A stretch of DNA of 64,000 nt from Gemmatimonadota bacterium (GCA_038153405.1 JAYOYH010000005.1:1-64000); one strand, 5' to 3'; positions 9,754-19,939 are shown, counted from the first letter of the stretch. Notes: generated by a model from the letters alone, not told the origin. Numbers and translations are program-made.

Positions 9754-12700
9754 TCAGCCGGCCTGCGTCTCGCGCAGGCGACGCGAGAGAATGCGCATCA
9801 TATTGAAGGCGATAGACGAATAGCGCCGCAGTATACGCTCTAAATTAGCGCGCTGTAAAGAGAGCAAATGCACGTCGCCGATTGCCTGCACCGAAGCCGA
9901 GCGCGGCTCGTCGTCGAGTAGGGCCATATCGCCAAAGACCTGCTTTTCACCGAGTACGGCCAGGCGCGGCCCGCCTTCTTTTTTGACTTCGAGTTGTCCG
10001 CGCACGACGATGTACATCTTGTCACCCATCGTCCCTTCATTGATAATTTTCTCCCCAGCTCTCACGCTCTCCTCTTGGATCGAAAGCGCAACCTGATAGA
10101 GCTCTTCCAGCGGCAGCGCAGCAAAGAACGAAGACCCCCGGAGAAAGGTGATCTTCTCCATTGTGGTAAGCGGCTGCACTTGTTCACTCATTGTACTATC
10201 TCCTCGATGTTGACCCATTTCGTCCATGATATGTCGAGCAGGCTCTGCCAGTTCGACATCGGCCCGCTCGCAGAGCGAGCGGTAGCCCCACTGAGCGGCA
10301 CACCAAACGGCGGCAACCTGCGTCCAAGCCCCACCCGTTTCCAGCAGGTAGCTCAACACGCGCTCTAAATCGATTTCTTCCCAGCCGGCAATTTCTCGAG
10401 CCGCCAGCACTTGCTGATCATCGCCGCCGGACAATAGGGGCAGCAGCCTCGACAGCAGTTCGCTCTCGGCCACGTTTTCCAGCAGTTCAATGGCGTTGTC
10501 GCGCGCCGCCTCATCGTCGCCACCGAGCCGTTCGATCAGATCTCCCACTACGCTCATATCGGCCAAGTGCCCCAGCGTCCGCACGGTGCCATTGAGAACG
10601 ACGTTGGCCTCCGCGCGCAATTGGTCGACGAGCAACTCTGTCGCCGCATCGTCGATTTGCCTGATGGCGTCAACGGCTACGAGGTAGCGATTGGCCTCGA
10701 TGAGTCGATGGCGACACGACGCGAGTAGCGCATCGTCCAACGCGTCGTCTTCCATTGCCATAAGCACAGCCGATATACCCTCCCACTCGCGCAGCGACGC
10801 CGTCCCCAAATCGACGAGTAAACGACGGCGCACATCTTCAGTTTCAATATTTTTTAATACTTGAATAGCGGCGGCAACGACGTCGGGGTCGGGATCGGCC
10901 AGCATGCTTCGCAAAGGGGTATATGCATCTTCGTCGCCCATTTTTCCCAAGCCGTGCACCGCCGCTTCACGCACGGAAGGATGCTCGCTCTCGATCAAGT
11001 GCTGTAGCTGTGAGTAAATGTGCTCGTCTCGTGCGCTACCCGCCGCTTCAATTCCGGCAATGAGCTCTTCTGGTTCGGCGCTATCCAACAGGGCGGCGAG
11101 GATATGGCCGCGCTCAGCAGCAGACTCCTCATGTCCCAAGCGCTCCAACCCCATTAGACATTCGCTTTGCATGGCAGCGCGCTCCTGCCCCGAGCGCAGA
11201 CGCAGCGCCAGCGCAGCACTTGCCGCGGTGCGCTGTTGGGCATCGACGACGTCGTCGAGCAGCGCGGCCACACAGCGCGCCGCGGCTAGACGCACCTCGT
11301 CGTCATCGTCGTCTAAACAGCGCAGTACAGAAGGAAAAATGCCGCTAACCGACCCGCGGCGCGGCCGTAGTGCAGCGAGCGCGGCGCTGCGCAGACGCGG
11401 ATTGTCGTGGCCCAACAGTTCCACACAGACCTGTTCGCCAGCCGGCCCTGGATTGTCCCGCAGCATCTCGATGCCAAGCTGGCGCACGCCGTCTTCGCGA
11501 TGCAGCAATAGGCTGCGCGAAAAGTCGGCAGAGTGGGCAATCAAGCGGCGCGTCGCCTGCATGGCTTGGTCGTCTTGCGGATCGAAATTCTGCTCGCGCA
11601 CAGCCTGCACCAGAACGGCCGTATAGCTGCGCCGCAGCAGCACTCCGCAGATAACCATGCCCACAGACAGGACAATCAGCGCGGCGAATAGCTCGCCCAA
11701 GGTCAGGATGTGGCGCGCGTGCAAGGATGTGATGCCGGCCCCGGCAAGTCCACCCAAGAGCATAAAGCCGCCTTCCATGACCATGCGCGTACCGTCGCTA
11801 TTGCGCGGCGGCACCAGCTTTATCAATACCTGATAAGCCGGGGCAATCACGCTGTCCAACAGCAGATAGTTGAGCAGATTGCCGGCAAATATCGCCGCGA
11901 TGATGGGCAATGGAGCAATGCCCTCAACGGCGCATAGGAGCACGCCGGCGATGCCCACATAGAGGACACCGACCCAAAAATAGACGTTGCCCGTGCCCAT
12001 CCAGCGCAGCAAGCGCTGCAGCAGAAATGTCGTAACAAAGAGCGTCGCCACGCCGGTTAGGCCAAAAAACAGGCCGAAGAACTCGGTCATCTCGGCTTCG
12101 GACGCAAAGTATTGCCGACCGATTACATTGAATGCATAGTGGATAGCGGTGTAGAGCGCAAATACGGCGATGGAAAGCACGAAGAGCAGAAGCAAATACG
12201 ACGAGCGCGCAAAGTAGTGTAGGTTTTCCTTGAGGCTAGCACCGACTTCGTCTGCATCGCCCTCCTGCACGATAAAGTAGCGCCGCAGCAGCATACGCAG
12301 CAGGACGAGCACGACGACTATATTAGCGACGGCAAGCGCATAGAGCATGTGCGAGGCGAGCATCGCGCTCAAGAAGCGCACGACGAAGCCGCCGGCAATA
12401 TCGCCGAGCACGGCGCTCGAAGCCAAGAGCGGAAAGAGCACTTTGGCGCGCGAGGTATAGCAAATGCCGCCGGCCACAATCCAGATTTGGAAATTCATCA
12501 GCGTGCGCGCAAGTTCGGAAGAGACAAAGAGAAAGGAATAGGCATCCTCTCCCAAATTCGCCGGCGTCCTGTCATCATACAGCAGCAACAGGGCGTTTGC
12601 CGCCAGCAATGCCGCGACAAAGAGCATAAGTCCCATCAGCATGCGCTGGCGCGCTACCTTGGACGTGAGCCAGGAGAGCAACCCCATGCTGAGGGAGAAC

Positions 12701-12885
12701 ACCACCGCAATCCAGGTATACATCAGCGGCAGTTTATCGACCCCAGCGCGCACGTTAAATACGGCGGAAGCGACGCTCTTGACGATGCCATCGTCGACTT
12801 GGGCAAGAAAGAAAATGGCGGAGGCCAAGAGCAACCGCTCGACCTCGCCACGCCGCACGTTGAGCAAGCGAAGTAGGTAGTTCAT
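9754..12885 (-). CDS. Npt1/TLC-like MFS membrane domain + HEAT repeats + cyclic-nucleotide-binding domain
   Basis: NVRRGE start and about 12 TM helices; HEAT repeats (DDDDEVRLAAA, SEHPSVREAAV, DPDPDVV); C-terminal FGDMALLDDEPRSASV. Confidence 0.8.
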   Translation of the reverse strand: MNYLLRLLNVRRGEVERLLLASAIFFLAQVDDGIVKSVASAVFNVRAGVDKLPLMYTWIAVVFSLSMGLLSWLTSKVARQRMLMGLMLFVAALLAANALLLLYDDRTPANLGEDAYSFLFVSSELARTLMNFQIWIVAGGICYTSRAKVLFPLLASSAVLGDIAGGFVVRFLSAMLASHMLYALAVANIVVVLVLLRMLLRRYFIVQEGDADEVGASLKENLHYFARSSYLLLLFVLSIAVFALYTAIHYAFNVIGRQYFASEAEMTEFFGLFFGLTGVATLFVTTFLLQRLLRWMGTGNVYFWVGVLYVGIAGVLLCAVEGIAPLPIIAAIFAGNLLNYLLLDSVIAPAYQVLIKLVPPRNSDGTRMVMEGGFMLLGGLAGAGITSLHARHILTLGELFAALIVLSVGMVICGVLLRRSYTAVLVQAVREQNFDPQDDQAMQATRRLIAHSADFSRSLLLHREDGVRQLGIEMLRDNPGPAGEQVCVELLGHDNPRLRSAALAALRPRRGSVSGIFPSVLRCLDDDDDEVRLAAARCVAALLDDVVDAQQRTAASAALALRLRSGQERAAMQSECLMGLERLGHEESAAERGHILAALLDSAEPEELIAGIEAAGSARDEHIYSQLQHLIESEHPSVREAAVHGLGKMGDEDAYTPLRSMLADPDPDVVAAAIQVLKNIETEDVRRRLLVDLGTASLREWEGISAVLMAMEDDALDDALLASCRHRLIEANRYLVAVDAIRQIDDAATELLVDQLRAEANVVLNGTVRTLGHLADMSVVGDLIERLGGDDEAARDNAIELLENVAESELLSRLLPLLSGGDDQQVLAAREIAGWEEIDLERVLSYLLETGGAWTQVAAVWCAAQWGYRSLCERADVELAEPARHIMDEMGQHRGDSTMSEQVQPLTTMEKITFLRGSSFFAALPLEELYQVALSIQEESVRAGEKIINEGTMGDKMYIVVRGQLEVKKEGGPRLAVLGEKQVFGDMALLDDEPRSASVQAIGDVHLLSLQRANLERILRRYSSIAFNMMRILSRRLRETQAG

Positions 12886-12890
12886 GTATA

Positions 12891-14042
12891 TTATAGACGT
12901 CTCAAACGCCTGTCTTCGTCCTCCAGCCAGTCGCCGTAGGCGCGCCGACCCGCTTCGGGGGGAGCCAAGTCGGCTTCGGCGCGCCAGCGCAGCAGCGGAT
13001 GCTGCCGATCGACCTGTGGCAACTGCACGCGGCGTTGGCGCGCTGCGGCTTCAAAAATACCCAGCAGGATTTCCAACACATGAACCCCCTGGGCGCCGCT
13101 GCTTTCGTGTTCGCCCCCCGCGTCGAGCGCGCGCACGTAGTCGTCGACGTAGGAAACATCCGGCTCGCTGGCCGCACCGTCTGCGTCAAAACCTTCGGGC
13201 AGCACAAGCGGCAGCTTTTGCCATTCGCATTCACCGGGTAGATAGTGGGGATCCGGCAGCCACCAGGCCGCGTCCGTGCGCCACAGTAGGCGTCCTTCAC
13301 TCCCGGCGAACTCGACTTTGTAGGCCCGCGAGTCAACCGTTTGAAAGCGGTGCTGCAAATGCACGCCCTGCACCCCGTTTGCAAACTCCAGTGCAGCGGT
13401 TATGTCCTCGCCCAGCACATAGCCCATACCGCCGGCGGCGACCAGCACGTCGTCCGGCCTAGCCGGTCGGCCCGCAACCTGCGCCACGGCCGTTAGCGCG
13501 CGTACGGGACCGGCCACGCCGAGCATGGCGTTAAGCGCGTGCGTTCCTATGTTCATCAAACCGTACCCGGCGTAATACCCCTTACCGCTGCCCTGCACAA
13601 AGCGCAGCTGACCTATCTTGCCCTCTTCTACGGCCGCGCGGACGGCCTTCATCGCCGCGCCGCTGCGCCCCTGGTGGTGCACAGCTACCTGCACGCCAGT
13701 CGCCGCCGCCTTGGCCAGAAGCCGATCGGCTTCGACCAAATCGGTGCACAGCGGTTTCTCAACGTCGATGTGCACGCCATATTCCAACACGGCCATAGAG
13801 AGTTCGTAGTGAAGTTCGGTAGCCGTGGGAATGGCGACGATATCGGGCTTCTCGGCTGTTATCATCTGGTGAAAATCACCGTAAAAAGCCTTTACACCGA
13901 GCTCATTTCCCAGCGCCTGCATGCGCTCGGGCAGCAAGTCGCATAGGGCTATAACCTGCGTTCGCGGGTGCGCTGCATAGGCACGGGCAGCGGCCGTACC
14001 GCGTCCACGGCATCCCAGAATGGCAACGCGATAGGTTTTCAT
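12891..14042 (-). CDS. Gfo/Idh/MocA family oxidoreductase
   Basis: VAILGCRGRG, GVHIDVEKP, NIGTH. Confidence 0.85.
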   Translation of the reverse strand: MKTYRVAILGCRGRGTAAARAYAAHPRTQVIALCDLLPERMQALGNELGVKAFYGDFHQMITAEKPDIVAIPTATELHYELSMAVLEYGVHIDVEKPLCTDLVEADRLLAKAAATGVQVAVHHQGRSGAAMKAVRAAVEEGKIGQLRFVQGSGKGYYAGYGLMNIGTHALNAMLGVAGPVRALTAVAQVAGRPARPDDVLVAAGGMGYVLGEDITAALEFANGVQGVHLQHRFQTVDSRAYKVEFAGSEGRLLWRTDAAWWLPDPHYLPGECEWQKLPLVLPEGFDADGAASEPDVSYVDDYVRALDAGGEHESSGAQGVHVLEILLGIFEAAARQRRVQLPQVDRQHPLLRWRAEADLAPPEAGRRAYGDWLEDEDRRLRRL

Positions 14043-15070
14043 TCGCTCTCTCCCGACGGCGCATTATGCCATGCGTCGATCATCTGCTCGCCCCCGCGGA
14101 TGTACTGCTCGGTGGCAATTTCGTCCATTTGGCGCAGTCGCTCGGTCACCTCGGCAATGCGCTTTACCTGTTCCTCAATCTTCAGCAACTTGTCCTTTGC
14201 TTTTGCGCTGAGACGCTCTTCTAACATCCTCAGCGTCTGCGCATTGGTGGAGATAATGCTCAGGGGATTGTTAATTTCGTGATTGATCGTAACGACCATC
14301 TGCCCCACCGTAACCAGCTTTTCAGCGGCGACGAGTTGCGCTTCCAATCGCGCCTTTTCCGTCGCGTCTTCGGCGACGAACATGACCCCTGCCGATCGCC
14401 CCTGCGGGTCGGGCAGCGGCGTGGCCATTGTAGAGAGCACGAGCGTCCCGCCCGAGCCCTGGAAGATTTGCCGGGGCGCTTGGCAGCGCGCATCGGCTGC
14501 TAAGGCACGCGCGCACAGCGCCTGCCAGCGCGCACCCGTTTCACCGGGTACGAGGTCTTCTAGCGTAGCGCCAATAGCATCAATCAGCGCGCACTCAACG
14601 CCGAGCCGGCGCAAAAAATCGAGCGCTTGCCCATTGCTAGAAGAAATGCGCAATTCGCTGTTGAGCACGACTACGCCGAGGGGAATATTTCCCAGGATAT
14701 GCTCCAAGTAGCGCCGCGCGTTTATCAGAATTTCCTCGGATATCGCGTAATCCGTTGCATCTTCGAAAAGCACCAGAAATGTCTCCCCTAGCTGCGCGTG
14801 CACCGAGACATCGTAGGTGCGCTTGCGATGGGTCCAGGCGAATACCTCTTCGTCGCCGGGACGCAGCAAGCGCGCAGTGGCTAGCGCCAGTTCGTCCACC
14901 AGGCTCGGCTCATGCTCGACGGCACTGGCCAGTGCATCTTCCGACTCGGACCCCTGGCCGCGCGCGCGCAGACCAAAGACGGACAACACCTTGTGGCTGT
15001 AGGAAACAATGCGCAATGCGCTGTCGACTACGAGCAACGGACGCGGAAAATCTCGCACAAGTTCCTGCAT
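14039..15070 (-). CDS. PAS-domain protein with HisKA dimerisation domain, no HATPase domain
   Basis: Two PAS-like segments, then AAEKLVTVGQMVVTINHEINNPLSII; the ORF ends about 75 aa after the His. Confidence 0.8.
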   Translation of the reverse strand: MQELVRDFPRPLLVVDSALRIVSYSHKVLSVFGLRARGQGSESEDALASAVEHEPSLVDELALATARLLRPGDEEVFAWTHRKRTYDVSVHAQLGETFLVLFEDATDYAISEEILINARRYLEHILGNIPLGVVVLNSELRISSSNGQALDFLRRLGVECALIDAIGATLEDLVPGETGARWQALCARALAADARCQAPRQIFQGSGGTLVLSTMATPLPDPQGRSAGVMFVAEDATEKARLEAQLVAAEKLVTVGQMVVTINHEINNPLSIISTNAQTLRMLEERLSAKAKDKLLKIEEQVKRIAEVTERLRQMDEIATEQYIRGGEQMIDAWHNAPSGESE

Positions 15071-15071
15071 A

Positions 15072-15905
15072 TCACATCCGCGCGATATCGCGCAGCTCCT
15101 CGCTCATCTGTTGCATGATGTCGACGACGTCATCGCCCGTCATCTCGAGCAAAGCCAGCGCGTCGGGCAGCAACCGCGGAATCTTGCGATCGCCACCGCT
15201 GCCAAAAGCCTCGGCCCGACAGAGAATATCGGCCAGATGCAGCACGGCCGTACTCCGGGCATGATCGCGCTGGGGATCGAAGTCGTGGTGAGCGACAATG
15301 GGCTGCACTAGGCGCTCCGGTAGCGCCCACTTCTCGAGCAGCCAGCCAGCCAACTCGCCGTGGTGAACACCCACTATCGCTCTTTCTGCCTCAACAAACA
15401 GCACGTCTTTTTCTTCTATCCACTGCACGACTTGGTGGAATTCGCGCTCCATAGATTGGCGCAGCACGACCTTACCCAAGTCGTGCAACAGACCGGCCGT
15501 GCTGATCTCTTCGGGATCATCTATCTGCAAATGGCCGGCGATGAGCGAGCACGTTCGCGCACAAGCCATCGAGTGCTCCCACAGTCCAGGCAACGAGTCC
15601 TTCATCATGTCGAGCACAGTAGAGCTCAGCACTAGACTCTTCACCGTGTTAAAACCCAAGAGCGTGACGGCGTGGGAAATAGTCGTTATAGGCTGCGAAA
15701 AGCCGTAAAAACCCGAATTGACGAGCTTGAGCACTTTGGCCGATATGACCTGGTCTCGGGCAATCTCCATGCCGAGCTGGCGGCCCGTCGTCTCTGTGCA
15801 GTCGACCATCTCGGCAATGCGCGTCACAGTGCCGGGCAGCGTCGGCAGGTTGCCAACCTGCTCTACGCGCAGCCGCAATTGGTCTCTATCCGCGCTCATC
15901 GGCAC
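15072..15905 (-). CDS. HDOD domain signalling protein
   Basis: LPTLP, DQVISAKVLKLVNSGFYG, AVTLLG, LWEHS, GLLHDLGK, WALP, HH. Confidence 0.9.
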   Translation of the reverse strand: MPMSADRDQLRLRVEQVGNLPTLPGTVTRIAEMVDCTETTGRQLGMEIARDQVISAKVLKLVNSGFYGFSQPITTISHAVTLLGFNTVKSLVLSSTVLDMMKDSLPGLWEHSMACARTCSLIAGHLQIDDPEEISTAGLLHDLGKVVLRQSMEREFHQVVQWIEEKDVLFVEAERAIVGVHHGELAGWLLEKWALPERLVQPIVAHHDFDPQRDHARSTAVLHLADILCRAEAFGSGGDRKIPRLLPDALALLEMTGDDVVDIMQQMSEELRDIARM

Positions 15906-16192
15906 TGTTGCAGATGCTTGTGCGCCGCCGCCTTGATGCGCATCATCAGCGCGTCGGCCTCGTGGTTGGCAAAGCGGTGGTCCAATTCGCCGATAAAATC
16001 CTCTACGCTCTTGCCGCCGGCACCACCCTCCCTGTCCACCGAAATTTCCCTTACCCCCCAGCCGCTCAGGCGCGATAGAACGGCTGGAGATAGGCGGGCA
16101 CCCACGGGCAGCAATACGCGTCCGTTCTCGTCTCGCACAGGCGCGGCGACGCGGTCGCCGACCTGCGCCTCTTCAGCAGGTATTTGCAGCAC
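15896..16192 (-). CDS. Small hypothetical protein resembling the N-terminal module of HD-GYP proteins
   Basis: VGDRVAAPVRDENGRVLLPVGARLS...GV.EISV; GTG start after GAGGTGG. Confidence 0.6.
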   Translation of the reverse strand: MLQIPAEEAQVGDRVAAPVRDENGRVLLPVGARLSPAVLSRLSGWGVREISVDREGGAGGKSVEDFIGELDHRFANHEADALMMRIKAAAHKHLQQCR

Positions 16193-16203
16193 GTCTTTCC
16201 ACC

Positions 16204-16893
16204 TCAGCCCGCATCGGCTAGCACGGCGCGCTTCCAATAGGCGGCAAATTGCTCGCGCAGCCACGCCAGCGGCGCAAAGCGAATGCTGTTATAGCCACCC
16301 CAGCTCCAGCGCAGCGGCCAATTGCGACGACCGCTAACGCGGCGAAAGATATCGCGGCGTTCGCCTGCGGCCACTTCGACCTGCGCGCTGAGCCGCGTCA
16401 ATTCGCGCTCGTAGGTTCCATCCATGATGTTGTGCGCATGGCGCTCCACTTTCTCGGGTTCGAGCACGGCGACGCGCGGACAAACCATCGCGCTTTCGCG
16501 CCGCTGAAAATCGCGAATCCATTGATCGGGAAGCTGTCCGCTAACGCGCTGTGCCTCCCGATCTATGGAGCGCGGATTCATCGCCCCATAGGTGCGGCAG
16601 ATCAGCGGTCGAACCGGATAGATCGAGCAACCCTGGTCTGCGCTGAGAAAGGGGCAGCGCCGAGGGCGTTCTTCCGTGTGAGCCAGCAAGTGCTTGCGGC
16701 GCTCTGCCGGCATTTCCCTCTCGACGTAATCGACGATGTGCAGGTATTCCACCCTATAGAGCGGAAACATCGTAGCATAGTGGTTGTCAAACTCATCCTG
16801 AGTCAGCTCGCAGCACTCACCCGAGCCAGCACAGCGCGTAGCGGGCACCTGATCGTAGAGCGCCTGCAAATCCCGTTTAATTGATTTCATCAT
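16204..16893 (-). CDS. YkgJ/FliB-like cysteine cluster protein
   Basis: CAGSGECC ... CPFL...CSIYPVRPLICRTY. Confidence 0.8.
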   Translation of the reverse strand: MMKSIKRDLQALYDQVPATRCAGSGECCELTQDEFDNHYATMFPLYRVEYLHIVDYVEREMPAERRKHLLAHTEERPRRCPFLSADQGCSIYPVRPLICRTYGAMNPRSIDREAQRVSGQLPDQWIRDFQRRESAMVCPRVAVLEPEKVERHAHNIMDGTYERELTRLSAQVEVAAGERRDIFRRVSGRRNWPLRWSWGGYNSIRFAPLAWLREQFAAYWKRAVLADAG

Positions 16894-16954
16894 GGCTTTT
16901 ATAGATAAGTTATCACAAAAAAATGCACAACGCCACCGGTGGACACAACATTGC

Positions 16955-16984
16955 TTGACAGTCCTCAACAGGCCTTTCTATATT
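16955..16984 (+). promoter_or_regulatory. Sigma70-type promoter
   Basis: TTGACA 16955-60, 18 nt spacer, TATATT 16979-84, 12 nt before ATG 16997. Confidence 0.6.
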
Positions 16985-16996
16985 GGTCGAAAAACG

Positions 16997-17179
16997 ATGA
17001 ACCAAGCAGAAAAACGCAAATTTCTCGGCGTGCACTTCACGTGCTGCAACGTGTATTCGCGGGTCTACATAAATCAGGCTAAGACCGCCTATCAGGGCGG
17101 CTGTCCGCGCTGCGGCAAACGCGTGTCTCTCCGCATTGGCGAGGGCGGCACGGATGCGCGCTTTTTTTCGACCCATTAG
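16997..17179 (+). CDS. Small Cys-rich, putative Zn-ribbon hypothetical protein (60 aa)
   Basis: FLGVHFTCCNVYSRVY...CPRCG...GTDARFF; own promoter. Confidence 0.75.
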   Translation: MNQAEKRKFLGVHFTCCNVYSRVYINQAKTAYQGGCPRCGKRVSLRIGEGGTDARFFSTH

Positions 17180-18445
17180 CTAATCGGCGCACAGTTCGGC
17201 CAACAGGTGTCCGATCGCGCTGCGAATGCGTTCTTCGCTTTCCGGCGCAACGCAGCACGTGCCGGGGTACACCTTGTGGGCCTCTTCGATCTCGTAGCCG
17301 CCGCGCGCGTATTCGTCTGCCGTCGGCACATAGCCAATGCAGCCGTTGGCCAACCCGCACAACACGACGCGCCGTTGGCTGACCTCTTCTACTTCCAGCT
17401 GATAGCGCGCAAAGAGTTCCCCTTCACAACCCAACAGCACCAATTCGCCCAGCGCCATGCCGTGAATGGAGAACGCTTGCGTGACGCGGTCTTGTTCCCG
17501 CGCTGCGTCGGCCGCCCACTGCAGGCGCGCACGCGCAGCATTAAACAGCCCACTATTTGCACCGCTGATCACTCGGCGCAGCCCGTATTTCATCGCCAGC
17601 ACGGCCAATAAACGGGACGTGGGTGGACGGATGCTCAGCGGTAAATCGACGGTGCGCCCTGCGCTGCGGATAGAGTCCACCGAAAGCCGTTCGGCGCAGG
17701 AGCGAGTGGCCAATGCGGCAGTGGCCAATTCCCTCCCCAACGCCACCGCATCGTTGACGGTGCCGTTGGTCGTCCTCGGATTTATATCGCCGCAGGCCCC
17801 ATTTATGAAAAGGGCTATTCCCGCGCTCTGCTCCTCGATAAGACGCGCGGCTTCTCCGACAAAATCGCCGCTTATATGCCGGTTCTGAGCCCCCAAAACG
17901 ACCGGATGGCACGCGTATTGAAAAATGGTCAACGGCGCTCCGCTCCGTCCCTCACACCAGACGAGGTGCGCGTGTGAAATCTCAGAGCGGAGAGAGCGAC
18001 GGCGGTTAATGCCAATTTTGACCGGCACGCGCGCATAGTAGACTTGCACGGGCTCTGTGTGCACAAGCGCCTCTCCGACGGCGGCGGCAACCGCCTCCTC
18101 GACGCGGGCCAAATAGTCGACGTCGACAGTACCCATGCCGCGGTAGGGCAGCGTCAGGGGACCGGAGTGCGTATGCGAAGCGCAGATCATGAGCGATGCT
18201 GCTGGCAGTCCGAACCGCTCTTCCACGCGAGCGCGTATCCGGCTTGCGCTCTCGGCTGCAATAGCCACTAGGTCCAAGCTGACTAGAGCACAGCGCTGCT
18301 CGCCGCACTGGAAAGCCGCGGCGCGCGCATAGAGAGGGCTGGCCACGCCAACCGCCGCGCCGCTGCGCTCCCAATAGCCGCCCATGGCAATGCCGACGCT
18401 GGGCGTTATATCAATGCGCGCACGACCAGCGCACAGCTCAGTCAT
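17180..18445 (-). CDS. Neutral/alkaline ceramidase N-terminal domain protein
   Basis: DITP..G..MGGY..R, ASHTHSGP, YACHP, GACGDINP, GYVPT...GGYE. Confidence 0.8.
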   Translation of the reverse strand: MTELCAGRARIDITPSVGIAMGGYWERSGAAVGVASPLYARAAAFQCGEQRCALVSLDLVAIAAESASRIRARVEERFGLPAASLMICASHTHSGPLTLPYRGMGTVDVDYLARVEEAVAAAVGEALVHTEPVQVYYARVPVKIGINRRRSLRSEISHAHLVWCEGRSGAPLTIFQYACHPVVLGAQNRHISGDFVGEAARLIEEQSAGIALFINGACGDINPRTTNGTVNDAVALGRELATAALATRSCAERLSVDSIRSAGRTVDLPLSIRPPTSRLLAVLAMKYGLRRVISGANSGLFNAARARLQWAADAAREQDRVTQAFSIHGMALGELVLLGCEGELFARYQLEVEEVSQRRVVLCGLANGCIGYVPTADEYARGGYEIEEAHKVYPGTCCVAPESEERIRSAIGHLLAELCAD

Positions 18446-18962
18446 CGCGCTGCCAGCCTGCGGGCAGAAAGACGAGCGGCATGCCGTCGGCGCCAGCGTT
18501 GTACAAGGCGCGCAAGTCGCGTTCGTCGACCAGTAGGACTAGCGCCCGTTCCCGCTGCCATACACCGTCGGCAGCGAGCAGTGCACCGCTGGCAAAGTAG
18601 AGTGCTCCGTCGTCTGGCGCCTCGCGCACGAGGCGGTCTTCCCAATCAAACGTTCCAGGTTCTAGGGACGCCAGCGGCACCAGTGGACGGTAGCGGCGCA
18701 GATGCGCAACCAGCGTATCGCGAGCGGCGGGCAGATCAATCGGCCGCTCTCCACGCAGCGCACAAACGCGCAGTACCGCGCCTGCGTGCATCAGCGATAC
18801 CGTTTGTGCGGAGCCATCGACCAGTAAATAGGGCGCATCGGCAGACAGCTGTTCGAGCCAGGCGCGCAGCGATTCGTCGACGCCAACCGGCTCTGGACGG
18901 GCGTATAGCAAATTCGCATAAACCAAACACACTACGAGCAAAAGCGCGCCGGTAAACCTCAT
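18438..18962 (-). CDS. Exported protein, degenerate L,D-transpeptidase-like
   Basis: Signal peptide; YLLVD, ALYF and DLRALYN..G.PLVF align with the neighbouring YkuD protein, but catalytic His/Cys are absent. Confidence 0.5.
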   Translation of the reverse strand: MRFTGALLLVVCLVYANLLYARPEPVGVDESLRAWLEQLSADAPYLLVDGSAQTVSLMHAGAVLRVCALRGERPIDLPAARDTLVAHLRRYRPLVPLASLEPGTFDWEDRLVREAPDDGALYFASGALLAADGVWQRERALVLLVDERDLRALYNAGADGMPLVFLPAGWQRDD

Positions 18963-19922
18963 TTATTCTCCGCCGATATCGATCAATATTTTCATCGCGC
19001 CGCGCGCGCCAGCGCGCGCAAATGCCTCGGCGCCGCGCGCTAAATCGACGTGCGCCTCCACCAGACAATCGACGTCGACATCGCCGCGCGCCAGCAGGCA
19101 CAGCGCCGGATGGAACGGACCACAGCGAGAGCCGACGAGCGTAATTTCATCTACGACGACGGCGGAGGCATCGATATGCAAGGCGCCGGCATAGGTACTC
19201 TTCATGACGAGCGTACCGCGCGCCCTCAATGCCTGACGCGCCGTTGCAAAACCACCCGCATTGCCGGTGCACTCCACGGCCAGGTCGAAAGCGCCCGTCT
19301 CCACTTCACCTTCGCGCGCCGTTGCAATCCCCCGCGCCGACAGCATCGCCAGCTTGCGGTCGTGTCGCCCGACGACAACGAGATGGCACCCGGTCAACGC
19401 CAGCGTTTGCGCTACGAGTTGGCCCAGTTTGCCATCGCCGACCACAAGCACGCGCGCATCCGGCACAATGTGGACCTGCTGCTGAATCTGCAGCGCTGCG
19501 GCCAGCGGCTCGACAAAAGTGGCCCGATCCGTTGTTATCGCATCGGGCACAGCATGCAAATTCTCCTGCGGCAGGGTCAAATATTCGGCAAAGGCCCCAT
19601 CGCGCCCGACAATGCCCAGCACCGTGCGCTGCAGACAGTGCGAACGACGTCCGACGCGACATGCAGCACACTGTCCGCACACCGCATTGATCTCGCCGAC
19701 GACGCGCCGACCAAGCCATGCAGCATCGCCGCGCTCTACGACGCCGACAAATTCGTGGCCCAGCACGCCGTTAAAGGGATAGTAGCCCTTGCACAATTCC
19801 AAATCCGTATTGCAAATTCCAGCGCGCAGCACGCGCACCAACACTTCGCCGCGAACCGGATCGGGGACGGGCAGATCCGAACGCAGTTCCAAGATGCCCT
19901 CGTTTAGTACGAGTCCCTTCAT
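18963..19922 (-). CDS. Zinc-dependent alcohol dehydrogenase (MDR family)
   Basis: GICNTD, GHEFVG, CGQCAAC...HC, VVGDGKLG, GSRCG. Confidence 0.9.
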   Translation of the reverse strand: MKGLVLNEGILELRSDLPVPDPVRGEVLVRVLRAGICNTDLELCKGYYPFNGVLGHEFVGVVERGDAAWLGRRVVGEINAVCGQCAACRVGRRSHCLQRTVLGIVGRDGAFAEYLTLPQENLHAVPDAITTDRATFVEPLAAALQIQQQVHIVPDARVLVVGDGKLGQLVAQTLALTGCHLVVVGRHDRKLAMLSARGIATAREGEVETGAFDLAVECTGNAGGFATARQALRARGTLVMKSTYAGALHIDASAVVVDEITLVGSRCGPFHPALCLLARGDVDVDCLVEAHVDLARGAEAFARAGARGAMKILIDIGGE

Positions 19923-19939
19923 ACGCGTTGTCTTGCTCG

